From Bugula neritina (lineage: Eukaryota > Animalia > Bryozoa), in the NCBI GenBank assembly GCA_964035545.1, contig OZ037768.1, forward strand, positions 24,709,319 to 24,773,318: DNA of 64,000 nucleotides, written 5' to 3'. How positions within the stretch are numbered: the stretch's first letter is position 1; the number at the start of each line of letters is the position of its first letter. The translations under genes and the position numbers were made by a program. Positions 25,480 to 39,000 of the stretch are shown piece after piece. The notes beneath the pieces were generated by a model. That model searched no databases and was not told where the DNA came from. It worked only from the letters and a program-made list of their open reading frames with translations.

Positions 25480-26000
25480 TATTGACCTCCATACTTTTCT
25501 ATGTTGTGCCAGATCTATGCAATAATCAAATGTCATGTTAGCATATGTTTTGAGGTCCTTTTTGACAGTATCAACCCATGAGATATATATCTAGTGCTTG
25601 CTTGGGTGGTCTACCTCCTGGTAGTCTGAGAAGGTGCCGGGCCATTTTATTCTACGTGTTCTTATGGTGTGAGACCAAGGTTTCTGCCATGTCTTCTTAT
25701 ATAGCTCATTGTTGCTGATCTTTTGAGGCCATCTCACCTTCAATATTTTACGTATATAGGAAGTTTCTTTGGCATATGTCGATGTCATCACATTTCTCTT
25801 GTGTGATTGACCATAGTTCACTGTTATAAAGAAAGATGCTTCATATTAGCGCATCAAAGAGTCTCATCTTAATATTTAGACTGATCCCTTTGTGTGTTAG
25901 TATTTTGTTAATGTTGTTGTAAGCCACTGTTAGTTGGTTTCGTCTGGCAATGTCGTTCTGTGGCAGGAGGATTGACCCTATGAAAGTTATCTTCTTTATA
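25480..26000 (-). mobile_element. non-LTR retrotransposon (RTE-like LINE) 3' fragment, RT C-terminal region, frameshifted
   Basis: Minus-strand peptides NDIARR..AYNNINKILTHKGISLNIKMRLFDALI*..LYNSELW..., ILKVRWPQKISNNELY...IRTRRIKW(G/H)LLR.P..RPPKQAL are typical of the LINE RT thumb region. Confidence 0.8.
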
Positions 26001-26249
26001 TAATAGCCCGAACGTTTAAAGCTGATAGAAAAACGTCTCGCACAACACAAGTCCCTTTTGACAATAATAAATCAATTTCGCTAGCTATGGGTGCAATAGT
26101 AGCAATCCTATCGCACGCAAATAAATATTTTGCGGTACTCATGATTATATGAGGGATGAATTATAGCTCAGACTATTATCCATACGAAGTCTGCCTGGAG
26201 GGAGTAGTTTATGCGAGTTAGTAAATAAAGTATGCTAATATTTCTATAA

Positions 26250-26357
26250 CTCAGAAGTTTTACTTCAAAATACGAAATATTAATCTTGAACTGTTATTGC
26301 ATAATTGTTATAACAGTTCAAGATTAATATTTCGTATTTTGAAGTAAAACTTCTGAG
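26250..26357. repeat. perfect 48-bp inverted repeat with 12-nt loop
   Basis: 26250-26297 is the exact reverse complement of 26310-26357. Confidence 0.95.
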
Positions 26358-27097
26358 CATAATTGTTATAAGTTTGTGAGGCTGCAAGTGCAACTATTAC
26401 TGAAAAATATTTAGACGTAGACTTTTGTCATTTGACTTTGTGTAAAATAGCAATATCAATTTCAAATTGAAATTGAAATTTAAATTCACTTTAGTATGAA
26501 TTAGAGTATGAATATTGGTATTCATACTGATACTGGTGGTGATACTCATACTCATAGTCATAGTGATAGTTATACTCATAGTCACACTACAATGACTATG
26601 ACTATCACTATGAGTATGAGTATATTTATAAGTATAACTACAACTAATACTATAAGTATAAGTCTAAGACCAAGTGTTAGTATAACTGTAAGGCTAAGCA
26701 GCATAATGATTTGTTGAAATAGTTATATATAATTTCATTGATATTAAATGTAATTATTATTTTAATAATAGTTGTAAATATATTTAATTGTAATTATTAC
26801 AATTTACAGTGTATATAATAATTTAATTAATAATTATGAAAATACTACTAATAATTCTAATAGCTATAACCTGTAAGTATAAGTATGACCTAATCCTATT
26901 GGAGTTACTTGCAGCAACCTATACCTTCACTTGAACACAGACCTAGAGTTTGACTTGCAGGCTTGGAAATTGATCATAAATTCTGATTTGCTGTCAAACT
27001 TTAAATTTTAGATTTAGATGCCCTCACTCCTTTCCATTTTGAGTTAACCTTGAAGAAATTCCATGTTTTATAAATCTGGTGCCAACCCACTATTCAC

Positions 27098-30000
27098 ATG
27101 GCTCAATGTCAGAAATCGGCACAAGCTTTTGTGAGAGATGCATTCAATCCAATAGTCGGTGTCATATGTTCAGAGGAGGCAAATGTCATCTGCCAGAAGA
27201 ATCATTTATCATTTGTTGAGTTGCTCTTACCGTTTAGTCGAATAACATCTCCAAGTGAGTTGAGGATCAAAACTTACTATTGCTGATTTTGTTAGCATCT
27301 ATTTCTTATGAATGCCAGGTTTGTGATGAGATTAACTGAAGCCAGCGGTGCATCAGCTCAATTACTTTGGTAGTTGTTGTTGGCTTATTGTTTGATAGTG
27401 TTTGTAATGCTGTTTCAGTTCATATAAGAGACGCCTCAAACATCAGTGTAAATCTTCAGGACTTTTCTGTACAATTCCGGGATGTGAATAATCTCCCCCC
27501 ACAACAGACTCTTGGGGTAAAGCTACTAACGTGAGTTTGAGTTGTGGAATACTAATAGGCTGTATCACTTTCACTACTCAGTATCTCACTGCTCAGTATC
27601 ACTCTCACTACTCAGTATCACTCTCACTGCTCAGTATCACTCTCACTGCTCAGTATCACTCTCACTGCTCAGTATCACTCTCACTACTCAGTATCACTCT
27701 CACTACTCAGTATCACTCTCACTGCTCAGTATCACTCTCACTACTCAGTATCACTCTCACTGCTCAGTATCACTCTCACTGCTCAGTATCTCACTGCTCA
27801 GTATCACTCTCACTACTCAGTATCACTCTCACTGCTCAGTATCACTCTCACTGCTCAGTATCACTCTCACTGCTCAGTATCACTCTCACTACTCAGTATC
27901 ACTCTCACTACTCAGTATCACTCTCACTGCTCAGTATCACTCTCACTGCTCAGTATCACTCTCACTGCTCAGTATCACTCTCACTACTCAGTATCACTCT
28001 CACTACTCAGTATCACTCTCACTACTCAGTATCACTCTCACTACTCAGTATCACTCTCACTGCTCAGTATCACTCTCACTACTCAGTATCACTCTCACTA
28101 CTCAGTATCACTCTCACTACTCAGTATCACTCTCACTACTCAGTATCACTCTCACTACTCAGTATCACTCTCACTACTCAGTATCACTCTCACTGCTCAG
28201 TATCACTCTCACTACTCAGTATCACTCTCACTACTCAGTATCACTCTCACTGCTCAGTATCTCACTGCTCAGTATCACTCTCACTACTCAGTATCACTCT
28301 CACTGCTCAGTATCACTCTCACTGCTCAGTATCACTCTCACTGCTCAGTATCACTCTCACTACTCAGTATCACTCTCACTACTCAGTATCACTCTCACTG
28401 CTCAGTATCACTCTCACTACTCAGTATCACTCTCACTACTCAGTATCACTCTCACTACTCAGTATCACTCTCACTACTCAGTATCACTCTCACTGCTCAG
28501 TATCACTCTCACTGCTCAGTATCACTCTCACTGCTCAGTATCACTCTCACTACTCAGTATCACTCTCACTACTCAGTATCACTCTCACTACTCAGTATCA
28601 CTCTCACTGCTCAGTATCACTCTCACTGCTCAGTATCACTCTCACTACTCAGTATCACTCTCACTGCTCAGTATCACTCTCACTACTCAGTATCACTCTC
28701 ACTACTCAGTATCACTCTCACTACTCAGTATCACTCTCACTGCTCAGTATCACTCTCACTGCTCAGTATCACTCTCACTACTCAGTATCACTCTCACTGC
28801 TCAGTATCACTCTCACTACTCAGTATCACTCTCACTGCTCAGTATCACTCTCACTACTCAGTATCACTCTCACTGCTCAGTATCACTCTCACTGCTCAGT
28901 ATCACTCTCACTGCTCAGTATCACTCTCACTACTCAGTATCACTCTCACTGCTCAGTATCACTCTCACTGCTCAGTATCACTCTCACTACTCAGTATCAC
29001 TCTCACTGCTCAGTATCACTCTCACTGCTCAGTATCACTCTCACTACTCAGTATCACTCTCACTACTCAGTATCACTCTCACTGTACATATAAGTCATAT
29101 TATCATTATGAATACTTGCAGGGAGGCAGTGGGTGTCTGTTTCCCTACTCAGAAGGAGCAGCACATCACTTCAGGAGGCTATGAGATTCGTATAGCTGGT
29201 GAGACTCAATGCTATACTATATTATATTATATTATACTATATTATATTATGTTATATTATACTATATTATATTATGTTATATTATACTATATTATATTAT
29301 GTTATACTATATTATATTATGTTATATTATACTATATTATATTATGTTATACTATATTATATTATGTTATACTATATTGTACTATCTTATATTATGTTAT
29401 ACTATATTGTACTATATTATACTATGTTATACTATATTGTACTATATTATATTATATTATACTATATTGTACTATATTATATTATGTTATACTATATTGT
29501 ACTATATTATATTATGTTATGTTATACTATATTGTACTATATTATATTATGTTATACTATATTGTACTATATTATATTATGTTATGTTATATTATACTAT
29601 ATTATATTATGTTATACTATATTGTACTATATTATATTATGTTATACTATATTGTACTATATTATATTATGTTATACTATATTGTACTATATTATATTAT
29701 GTTATACTATATTGTACTATATTATATTATGTTGTACTATATTGTATTATGTTATATTATGTTATACTATATTGTACTATATTATATTATGTTATACTAT
29801 ATTGTACTATAGCCTCTACCCCATGGTTTGAAGAGTATAGAGAATGCTTTCTAAACATCATAGCCCCGTCTGATCATGAGTTTCTGCGACACTATGCAGC
29901 CTGCGTGTTCGTCGTGTCCTCAACTCATTCCGATCCTATGAGTCAGTTTGCTCAACTCACAATAACACAGCATCAACAGCAGGTTAGTGTGTGTAACACA

Positions 30001-33000
30001 GTACTAACTACAGGTTAGTGTGTATAACACAGTACTAACAACAGGTTAGTGTGTATAACACAGTACTAACAACAGGTTAGTGTGTATAACACAGTACTTA
30101 CAACAGGTTAGTGTGTATAACACAGTACTAACAACAGGTTAGTGTGTATAACACAGTACTAACTACAGGTTAGTGTGTATAACACAGTACTAACAACAGG
30201 TTAGTGTGTAACACACAGTACTACCTACAGGTTAGTGTGTATAACACAGTACTAACTACAGGTTAGTGTGTAACACAGTACTAACTACAGGTTAGTGTGT
30301 ATCACACAGTACTACCTACAGGTTAGTGTGTATAACACAGTACTAACTACAGGTTAGTGTATATAACACAGTACTAACTACAGGTTAGTGTATATAACAC
30401 AGTACTAACTACAAGTTTATGTGTTTATGTATGTTATAGACAATAAGGAACTCAATGGTAAATGTGTTGTTTTAATGTTGGGTATTATGTGGTTATTGTT
30501 AAACTTTCTGTTTACATGCATGGCCAGCATCTGTACCTGAGCAGTATATCTGCTATATAGTATATCTGTACCTGTGTAATACTAGAAGATAGTAGTATAT
30601 CTACATGATAGTAGTATATCTACATGATAGCAGTATATCTACATGATAGTAGTATATCTACATGATAGCAGTATATCTACATGATAGCAGTATATCTACA
30701 TGATAGTATATTCTGTTGTGTTGCCTTCACTTGTAAGTCTACATGTTCAACTCTAAGAGGATCCAGCCTTGCTAACTGGTCATTATCTTCTCCATGTTGA
30801 CAAGACGACTCTATACTGCAGTGTATACATAGCAACAGCGTACACATAGCAACAGTGTACACGTAGCAACAATGTACATGTAACAACAGTGTATACGTAA
30901 CAACAGTGTATACGTAGCAACAGTGTATACATAACAACAGTGTATACGTAACAACAGTGTATACGTAGCAACAGTGTATACATAGCAACAATGTATACAT
31001 AGCAACAGTATACATATGTATGTTATGTTTCCAGCAGCAGACGCCAGCCAAGCTGCCCAAGTGGTTTGCTGCTGATCTGTGCAGATACTATGTGCTCCTA
31101 CATGACTGTACTGAGGGGGAAGACCCTAAGTGAGTTGTCTTCTCGTGTATTACCTCTCACTACATATATTACTACTAGTAGTTAGTATATAGTACTACTA
31201 GTAGTTAGTATACAGTACTACTAGTAGTTAGTATACAGTACTACTAGTAGTTAGTATACAGTGCTACTAGTAGTTAGTATACAGTAATACTAGTAGTTAG
31301 TATTCAGTACTACTAGTAGTTAGTATACAGTACTACTAGTAGTTAGTATACAGTAATACTAGTAGTTAGTATTCAGTACTACTAGTAGTTAGTATACAGT
31401 ACTACTAGTAGTTAGTATACATTACTACTAGTAGTTAGTATACAGTATAACTGTAGAGCGGAAGCTGTCTACCAGAGTATGAAGTCAAAGTACGGAGTTC
31501 ACTCCTGTCATCTCCTCAGAATCAACTCAGTTCTCCCAAATACTGAGGATACGCCGTCTAGCGAGACTCTGCCCGACCCGTGGAGTAACTTTATCAGACC
31601 TCGCAGCTCCGTGAGTTTCTATTTAGACTATTTGTATTACCAGACTATACAGTATACTGTGTATAGTCTAAATATCTGTATTATTAGATTATACAGTATA
31701 CTGTGTATAGTATAAATATCTGTATTACTAGACTATATAGTATATTGTGTATAGTATAAATATCTGTGTTACTAGACTATACGGTATACTGTGTATAGTA
31801 TATAGTATACTGTGTATATCAGATGCCTTCCAAGGAACACCCAGAAATGAAGACTAATGGTATAACAGACAGTCAACAAGTGAACTCTGATACTCTCCAC
31901 CATCCTCTCAGCACCACAACTACGGAGAGAAGTTATCCTGGAGTTCCCCGTAGACCGAGAACCAGATCTGTTTCAGAGAGGGGGTGTTGGCTGAGCTCCC
32001 ATGATCACGACAGGTTGAAGACGTTTGTTCAGGAGTTTGTGGTGAGAGCTGTAATACCCTGGGCTGAGCGTCTCATCAAAGCCTACAACGAGTTGGTGCG
32101 TGTTTTTATATTACTCTATCATATTATATTACTGTATTATATATTACTATGTCATATTATATTATTGTATTATATATTACTATGTCATATATTACTATAA
32201 TATATGTTACTATATTACTAAAATGTATATTACTATATTACTATTGTAGTACCAGTCCAAGAAGCGAGCTGGTAGTCTCATCAAGTCTCTATTTAACAGA
32301 GGGAAACAGACCGAGTCAAAACCTGTGTCAGGGTGAGTCATATGATGTGAATATTCAGTCACAGTAGAGGTTGTGTTGTATTGTATACTATTCTGTATTA
32401 CTATACTGTAGAGGTTGTGTTGTATTGTATACTATACTGTAGAGGTTGTGTTGTATTGTATAATATACTGTAGAGGTTGTGTTGTATTGTATACTATACT
32501 GTAGAGGTTGTGTTGTATTGTATACTATTCTGTAAAGGTCGTGTTGTATTGTATACTGTACTGTAGAGGTTGTGTTGTATTGTATACTACACTGTAGAGG
32601 TTGTGTTGTATTGTATACTATACTGTAGAGGTTGTGTTGTATTGTATACTATACTGTAGAGGTTGTGTTGTATTGTATACTATACTGTAGAGGTTGTATT
32701 GTATACTATACTGTAGAGGTTGTGTTGTATTGTATACTATACTGTAGAGGTTGTGTTGTATTGTATACTATACTGTAGAGGTTGTGTTGTATTGTATACT
32801 ATTCTGTAAAGGTTGTGTTGTATTGTATACTGTACTGTAGAGGTTGTGTTGTATTGTATAATATTCTGTAGAGGTTACCTCTCTGAATCTCCGGAGATGC
32901 AGCTTAGACGTCTGGGAGACTTGTGTTTCATGTTTCAGCTGTACGAACAGGCGTACAGTGTCTACCACACTCTGAAAAAGGACTTTGAGGGGGACAAGAC

Positions 33001-36000
33001 GTGGCTGTACTGTGCTGGTGCCCAGGTGTGTAGATGTATGATGTCACAGTAGTAGTAGTGATGATGTCACAGTAGTAGTGATGATGTCACAGTAGTAGTA
33101 GTGATGATGTCACAGTAGTAGTGATGATGATGTCACAGTAGTAGTAGTGATGATGTCACAGTAGTAGTGATGATGATGTCACAGTAGTAGTAGTGATGAT
33201 GTCACAGTAGTAGTAGTGATGATGTCACAGTAGTAGTAGTGATGATGTCACAGTAGTAGTAGTGATGATGTCACAGTAGTAGTGGTGATGATGTCACAGT
33301 AGTAGTGATGATGTCACAGTAGTAGTGATGATGTCACAGTAGTAGTGATGATGATGTCACAGTAGTAGTAGTGATGATGTCACAGTAGTAGTGATGATGA
33401 TGTCACAGTAGTAGTAGTGATGATGTCACAGTAGTAGTGGTGATGTCACAGTAGTAGTGATGATGTCACAGTAGTAGTAGTGATAATTTCACAGTAGTAG
33501 TAGTGATGATGTCACAGTAGTAGTAGTGATGATGTCACAGTAGTAGTAGTGATGATGTCACAGTAGTAGTGGTGATGATGTCACAGTAGTAGTGGTGATG
33601 CAGGAAATGGCTGGACTCTCCATATTCATGCAAGGTGCTGCCGCACAGAGGAACTACCCGACTCACTACCTGGACGGAGCCATTGATGTCTACCAGACAT
33701 GTCGCTCTCAGTCCTTCATGACTCGCTCTGTTCTCCTCAGCACCGAAGTTCTCAAGGTCAAAGGGCTCTGGTTGCAAGCTGCTTCTCAGTTCCTCAAACT
33801 GACTGGGGAGGTGAGTTACTCCCCCCACCTACTGTATAGAACGTAATTCTAGACTATATTATACTATAGCATGTATTACTAGACTATATTATATTATAGC
33901 ATGTATTACTAGACTATATTATACTATAGCATGTATTACTAGACTATGTTATACTATAGCATGTATTACTAGACTATATTATACTGTAGCATGTATTACT
34001 AGACTATGTTATACTATAGCATGTATTACTAGACTATATTATACTATAGCATGTATTACTAGACTATATTATACTATAGTATGTATTACTAGACTATATT
34101 ATACTATAGTATGTATTACTAGACTATATTATACTATAGCATGTATTACTAGACTATATTATACTATAGCATGTATTACTAGACTATATTATACTATAGT
34201 ATGTATTACTAGACTATATTATACTATAGTATGTATTACTAGACTATATTATACTATAGTATGTATTACTAGACTATATTATATTATAGCATGTATTACT
34301 AGACTATATTATACTATAGTATGTATTACTAGACTATATTATACTATAGTATGTATTACTAGACTATATTATATTATAGCATGTATTACTAGACTATATT
34401 ATACTATAGTATGTATTACTAGACTATATTATACTATAGTATGTATTACTAGACTATATTATACTATAGTATGTATTACTAGACTATATTATACTATAGT
34501 ATGTATTACTAGACTATATTATACTATAGTATGTATTACTAGACTATATTATACTATAGTATGTATTACTAGACTATATTATACTATAGCATGTATTACA
34601 GGAGTTTGACCTGAGAAGTGCTGTCTTGCTGGAACAGGCAGCGTACTGTTACCTCAACATGTCTCCTCCACAGATTAGGAAGTTTGCCTTCTACATGGTG
34701 CTGGCTGGTCACAGGTACTCCAAGTCCAGTCAGAGGAAGCACTCTCTCAGGTGTTACACCGTCTCGTCCCAAGTCTATAAAGGGAAGGACTGGACTCTGG
34801 CTGAGGTACTACACTGTATGATACTATACTGTATGATACTATACTGTATGATACTATACCGTATGATACTATACCGTATGATACTATACCGTATGATACT
34901 ATACCGTATGATACTATACCGTATGATACTATACCGTATGATACTATACCGTATGATACTATACCGTATGATACTATACCGTATGATACTATACCGTATG
35001 ATACTATACCGTATGATACTATACCGTATGATACTATACCGTATGATACTATACCGTATGATACTATACCGTATGATACTATACCGTATGATACTATACC
35101 GTATGATACTATACCGTATGATACTATACCGTATGATACTATACCGTATGATACTATACCGTATGATACTATACCGTATGATACTATACCGTATGATACT
35201 GTAGAATCACATAGGAGTGAGTGTATCGCGTCTCTCCAGTCAACTCAGCCTCTCTCTGCAAGCTCTCTCTCACGCCAGCAAACTTCTTACAGAGTCTTCA
35301 GAACAACCTCACCAGCAGTGCGTCTTCCTCAAGGAGTATCTGCAGTTATACCAGGTGGGTAGAGAATGTCTGCAGATATACCAGGTGAGTAGAGAATATC
35401 TGCAGTTATACCAGGGGAGTAGAGAATGTCTGCAGATATACCAGGTGAGTAGAGAATGTCTGCAGATATATTAGATGAGTAGAAAATGTCTGCAGATATA
35501 TCAGGTGAGTAGAGAATGTCTGCAGATATATCAGGTGAGTAGAGAATGTCTGCAGATATATCAGGTGAGTAGAGAATGTCTGCAGATATATTAGATGAGT
35601 AGAAAATGTCTGCAGATATATCAGGTGAGTAGAGAATGTCTGCAGATATATCAGGTGAGTAGAGAATGTCTGCAGATATATCAGGTGAGTAGAGAATGTC
35701 TGCAGATATATTAGATGAGTAGAAAATGTCTGCAGATATATCAGGTGAGTAGAGAATATCTGCAGTTATACCAGGGGAGTAGAAAATGTCTGCAGATATA
35801 CCAGGTGAGTAGAAAATGTCTGCAGATATATCAGGTGAGTAGAAAATGTCTGCAGATATATCAGGGGAGTAGAGAATATCTGCAGTTATACCAGGGGAGT
35901 AGAGAATGTCTGCAGATATACCAGGTGGGTAGAGAATGTCTGCAGATATACCAGGTGAGTAGAGAATATCTGCAGTTATACCAGGGGAGTAGAGAATGTC

Positions 36001-39000
36001 TGCAGATATACCAGGTGAGTAGAGAATGTCTGCAGATATATTAGATGAGTAGAAAATGTCTGCAGATATATCAGGTGAGTATCCCTGTCTGCTCTGCAGA
36101 AAGTGAAAGCCGATGAAGGGGAGAAGTGGAGGTCTGAGATGGCTGTCCCACAGATGGTGGACAACGAAGTGATGGTTACGACGGAGCAGTTTGAGATGCC
36201 CACCAACAGCACGGTGTACTCAGACGATGTGAGGTGGACTCAGTTAGAGGAAGCCTGTGTTCTCAAGAGTCAGGGCAGCCTTCCCCTTGTCTTCATTAAG
36301 AGTACCCCTTCTTATAACAAATACATGACCAATACTCAATGCCCAGGGGCTGTGCTTGGAGGTATTACACAATACTATGTAACTATGTAACTGTGTAACT
36401 ATGTAACTATACAGTTGTACTGTGTAACTATACAGTTGTACTATGTAACTATACAGTTGTACTGTGTAACTATGTAACTATACAGTTGTACTATGTAACT
36501 ATGTAACTATACAGTTGTACTATGTAACTATTAACTATGCAATTGTACTATATGACTATACAGTTGTGCTGTGTAACTATACAGTTGTACTGTGTAACTA
36601 AACAGTTGTACTATGTAACTATACAGTTGTACTAGTAACTATACAGTTGTACTATGTAACTATACAATTGTACTATGTAACTATTAACTATGCAATTGTA
36701 CTATGTGACTATACAGTTGTGCTGTGTAACTATACAGTTGTACTGTGTAACTAAACAGTTGTACTATGTAACTATACAGTTGTACTAGTAACTATACAGT
36801 TGTACTATGTAACTATACAGTTGTACTGTGTAACTATACAGTTGTACTATGTAACTATCCCCAGAGACCCAGTTTGTCAGAGTTATGGTATACAACCCGT
36901 TAGGAGTTGTCTTACAGTTGACTCAAGTCCACATTAGCTGGAGATTCCAACCTTCAGGGGAGGAAAACTTTTCCTTCGACAGCAAGGTGACATTCTCTAG
37001 TCATAGTTGTATAATATACTCACTACTATATATATAGTTGTATATACTCACTACTATATATATAGTTGTATCTACTCACTACTATATATATATAGTTGTA
37101 TATACTCACTACTATATATATAGTTGTATATACTCACTACTATATATATATAGTTGTATATATTCACTACTTCATATATATAGTTGTATATATTCACTAC
37201 TATATATATAGTTGTATATACTCACTACTATATATATAGTTGTATATACTCACTACTATATATATAGTTGTATATATTCACTACTTCATATATATAGTTG
37301 TATATACTCACTACTATATATATAGTTGTATATATTCACTACTATATATATATATATAGTTGTATATACTCACTACTATATATATATAGTTGTATATATT
37401 CACTACTATATATATATATAGTTGTATATACTCACTACTATATATATAGTTGTATATATTCACTACTTCATATATATAGTTGTATATATTCACTACTATA
37501 TATATAGTTGTATATACTCACTACTATATATATAGTTGTATATACTCACTACTATATATATATATAGTTGTATATACTCACTACTATATATATATAGTTG
37601 TATCTACTCACTACTATATATATAGTTGTATATACTCACTACTATATATATAGTTGTATATACTCACTACTATATATATAGTTGTATATACTCACTACTA
37701 TATATATAGTTGTATATACTCACTACTATATATATAGTTGTATATACTCACTACTATATATATATATAGTTGTATATACTCACTACTATATATATAGTTG
37801 TATATACTCACTATTATATATATAGTTGTATATACTCACTACTATATATATAGTTGTATATACTCACTACTATATATATAGTTGTATATACTCACTACTA
37901 TATATATAGTTGTATATACTCACTACTTCATAGCGTTTCTATTCTTCAGAATAACCCGGATGTAGTTGATCAGATGAATATTCCAGTAATTGACCTCCTT
38001 CCACTTAGCAGGCAATGGGTGAGTTTGTTATACTCCCTGTGATTGGTGGGTGAGTTTGTTATACTCCCTGTGATTGGTGAGTGAACGTGTTATACTCCCT
38101 GTGATTGGTGGGTGAGTTTGTTATACTCCCTGTGATTGGTGGGTGAACGTGTTATACTCCCTGTGATTGGTGGGTGAGTTTGTTATACTCCCTGTGATTG
38201 ATGTGTGAGTTTGTTGTACTCCCTGTGATTGGTGGTGATGCTCGTTATACTCCTGTTTAGATTCTCTTCCGTTTGGTGCCGAAAGCTCTGGGAATACTCA
38301 ACCTGCTCTCCATCAACTACCATGTGGCTTACAAAGACTTCAGCTCGGAGGTGCTCTCCTCTCCCGTCCAGGGAGAACTATTGCTCACTGTACGAGGTCC
38401 CCGACTGAACAACACTGTCAAGGACAAAACCTCCGTCAGCTATGCAGACGACCAACGACTGTACATCAACATACAGTCAGCACTTCCCAAACTACAGGTG
38501 GCTATATGTGTCTATTATTAGTAACAGAGTAATATATGTGTCTATTATTAGTAATGGATTAATATAATTATGTGTCTATTATTAGTAACAGAGTAATATA
38601 TGTGTCTATTATTAGTAACAGAGTAATATATATGTTTATTAGTAACAGAGTAATATATATGTCTAATATTAGTAACAGAGTAATATATATGTCTATTATT
38701 AGTAACAGAGTATATATGTCTATTATTAGTAATATAGTAATATATGTGTCTATTATTAGTAATAGAATAATATATGTGTCTATTATTAGTAACAGAGTAA
38801 TATATATGTCTATTACTAGTAACAGAGTAATATATATGTCTATTACTAGTAACAGAGTAATATATATGTCTATTATTAGTAATATAGTAATATATGTGTT
38901 TATTATTAGTAATGGAGTAATATATGTGTCTATTATTAGTAATAGAGTAATATATATGTCTATTACTAGTAACAGAATAATATATATGTCTATTATTAGT

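Noticed and set aside
27531-29812. 520-756-aa repetitive ORFs (SVSLSLLSITLTAQYHSH)n
   Set aside because: Translation of intronic 19-bp and AT-rich arrays; only the embedded TRAPPC8 exon 3 is real.
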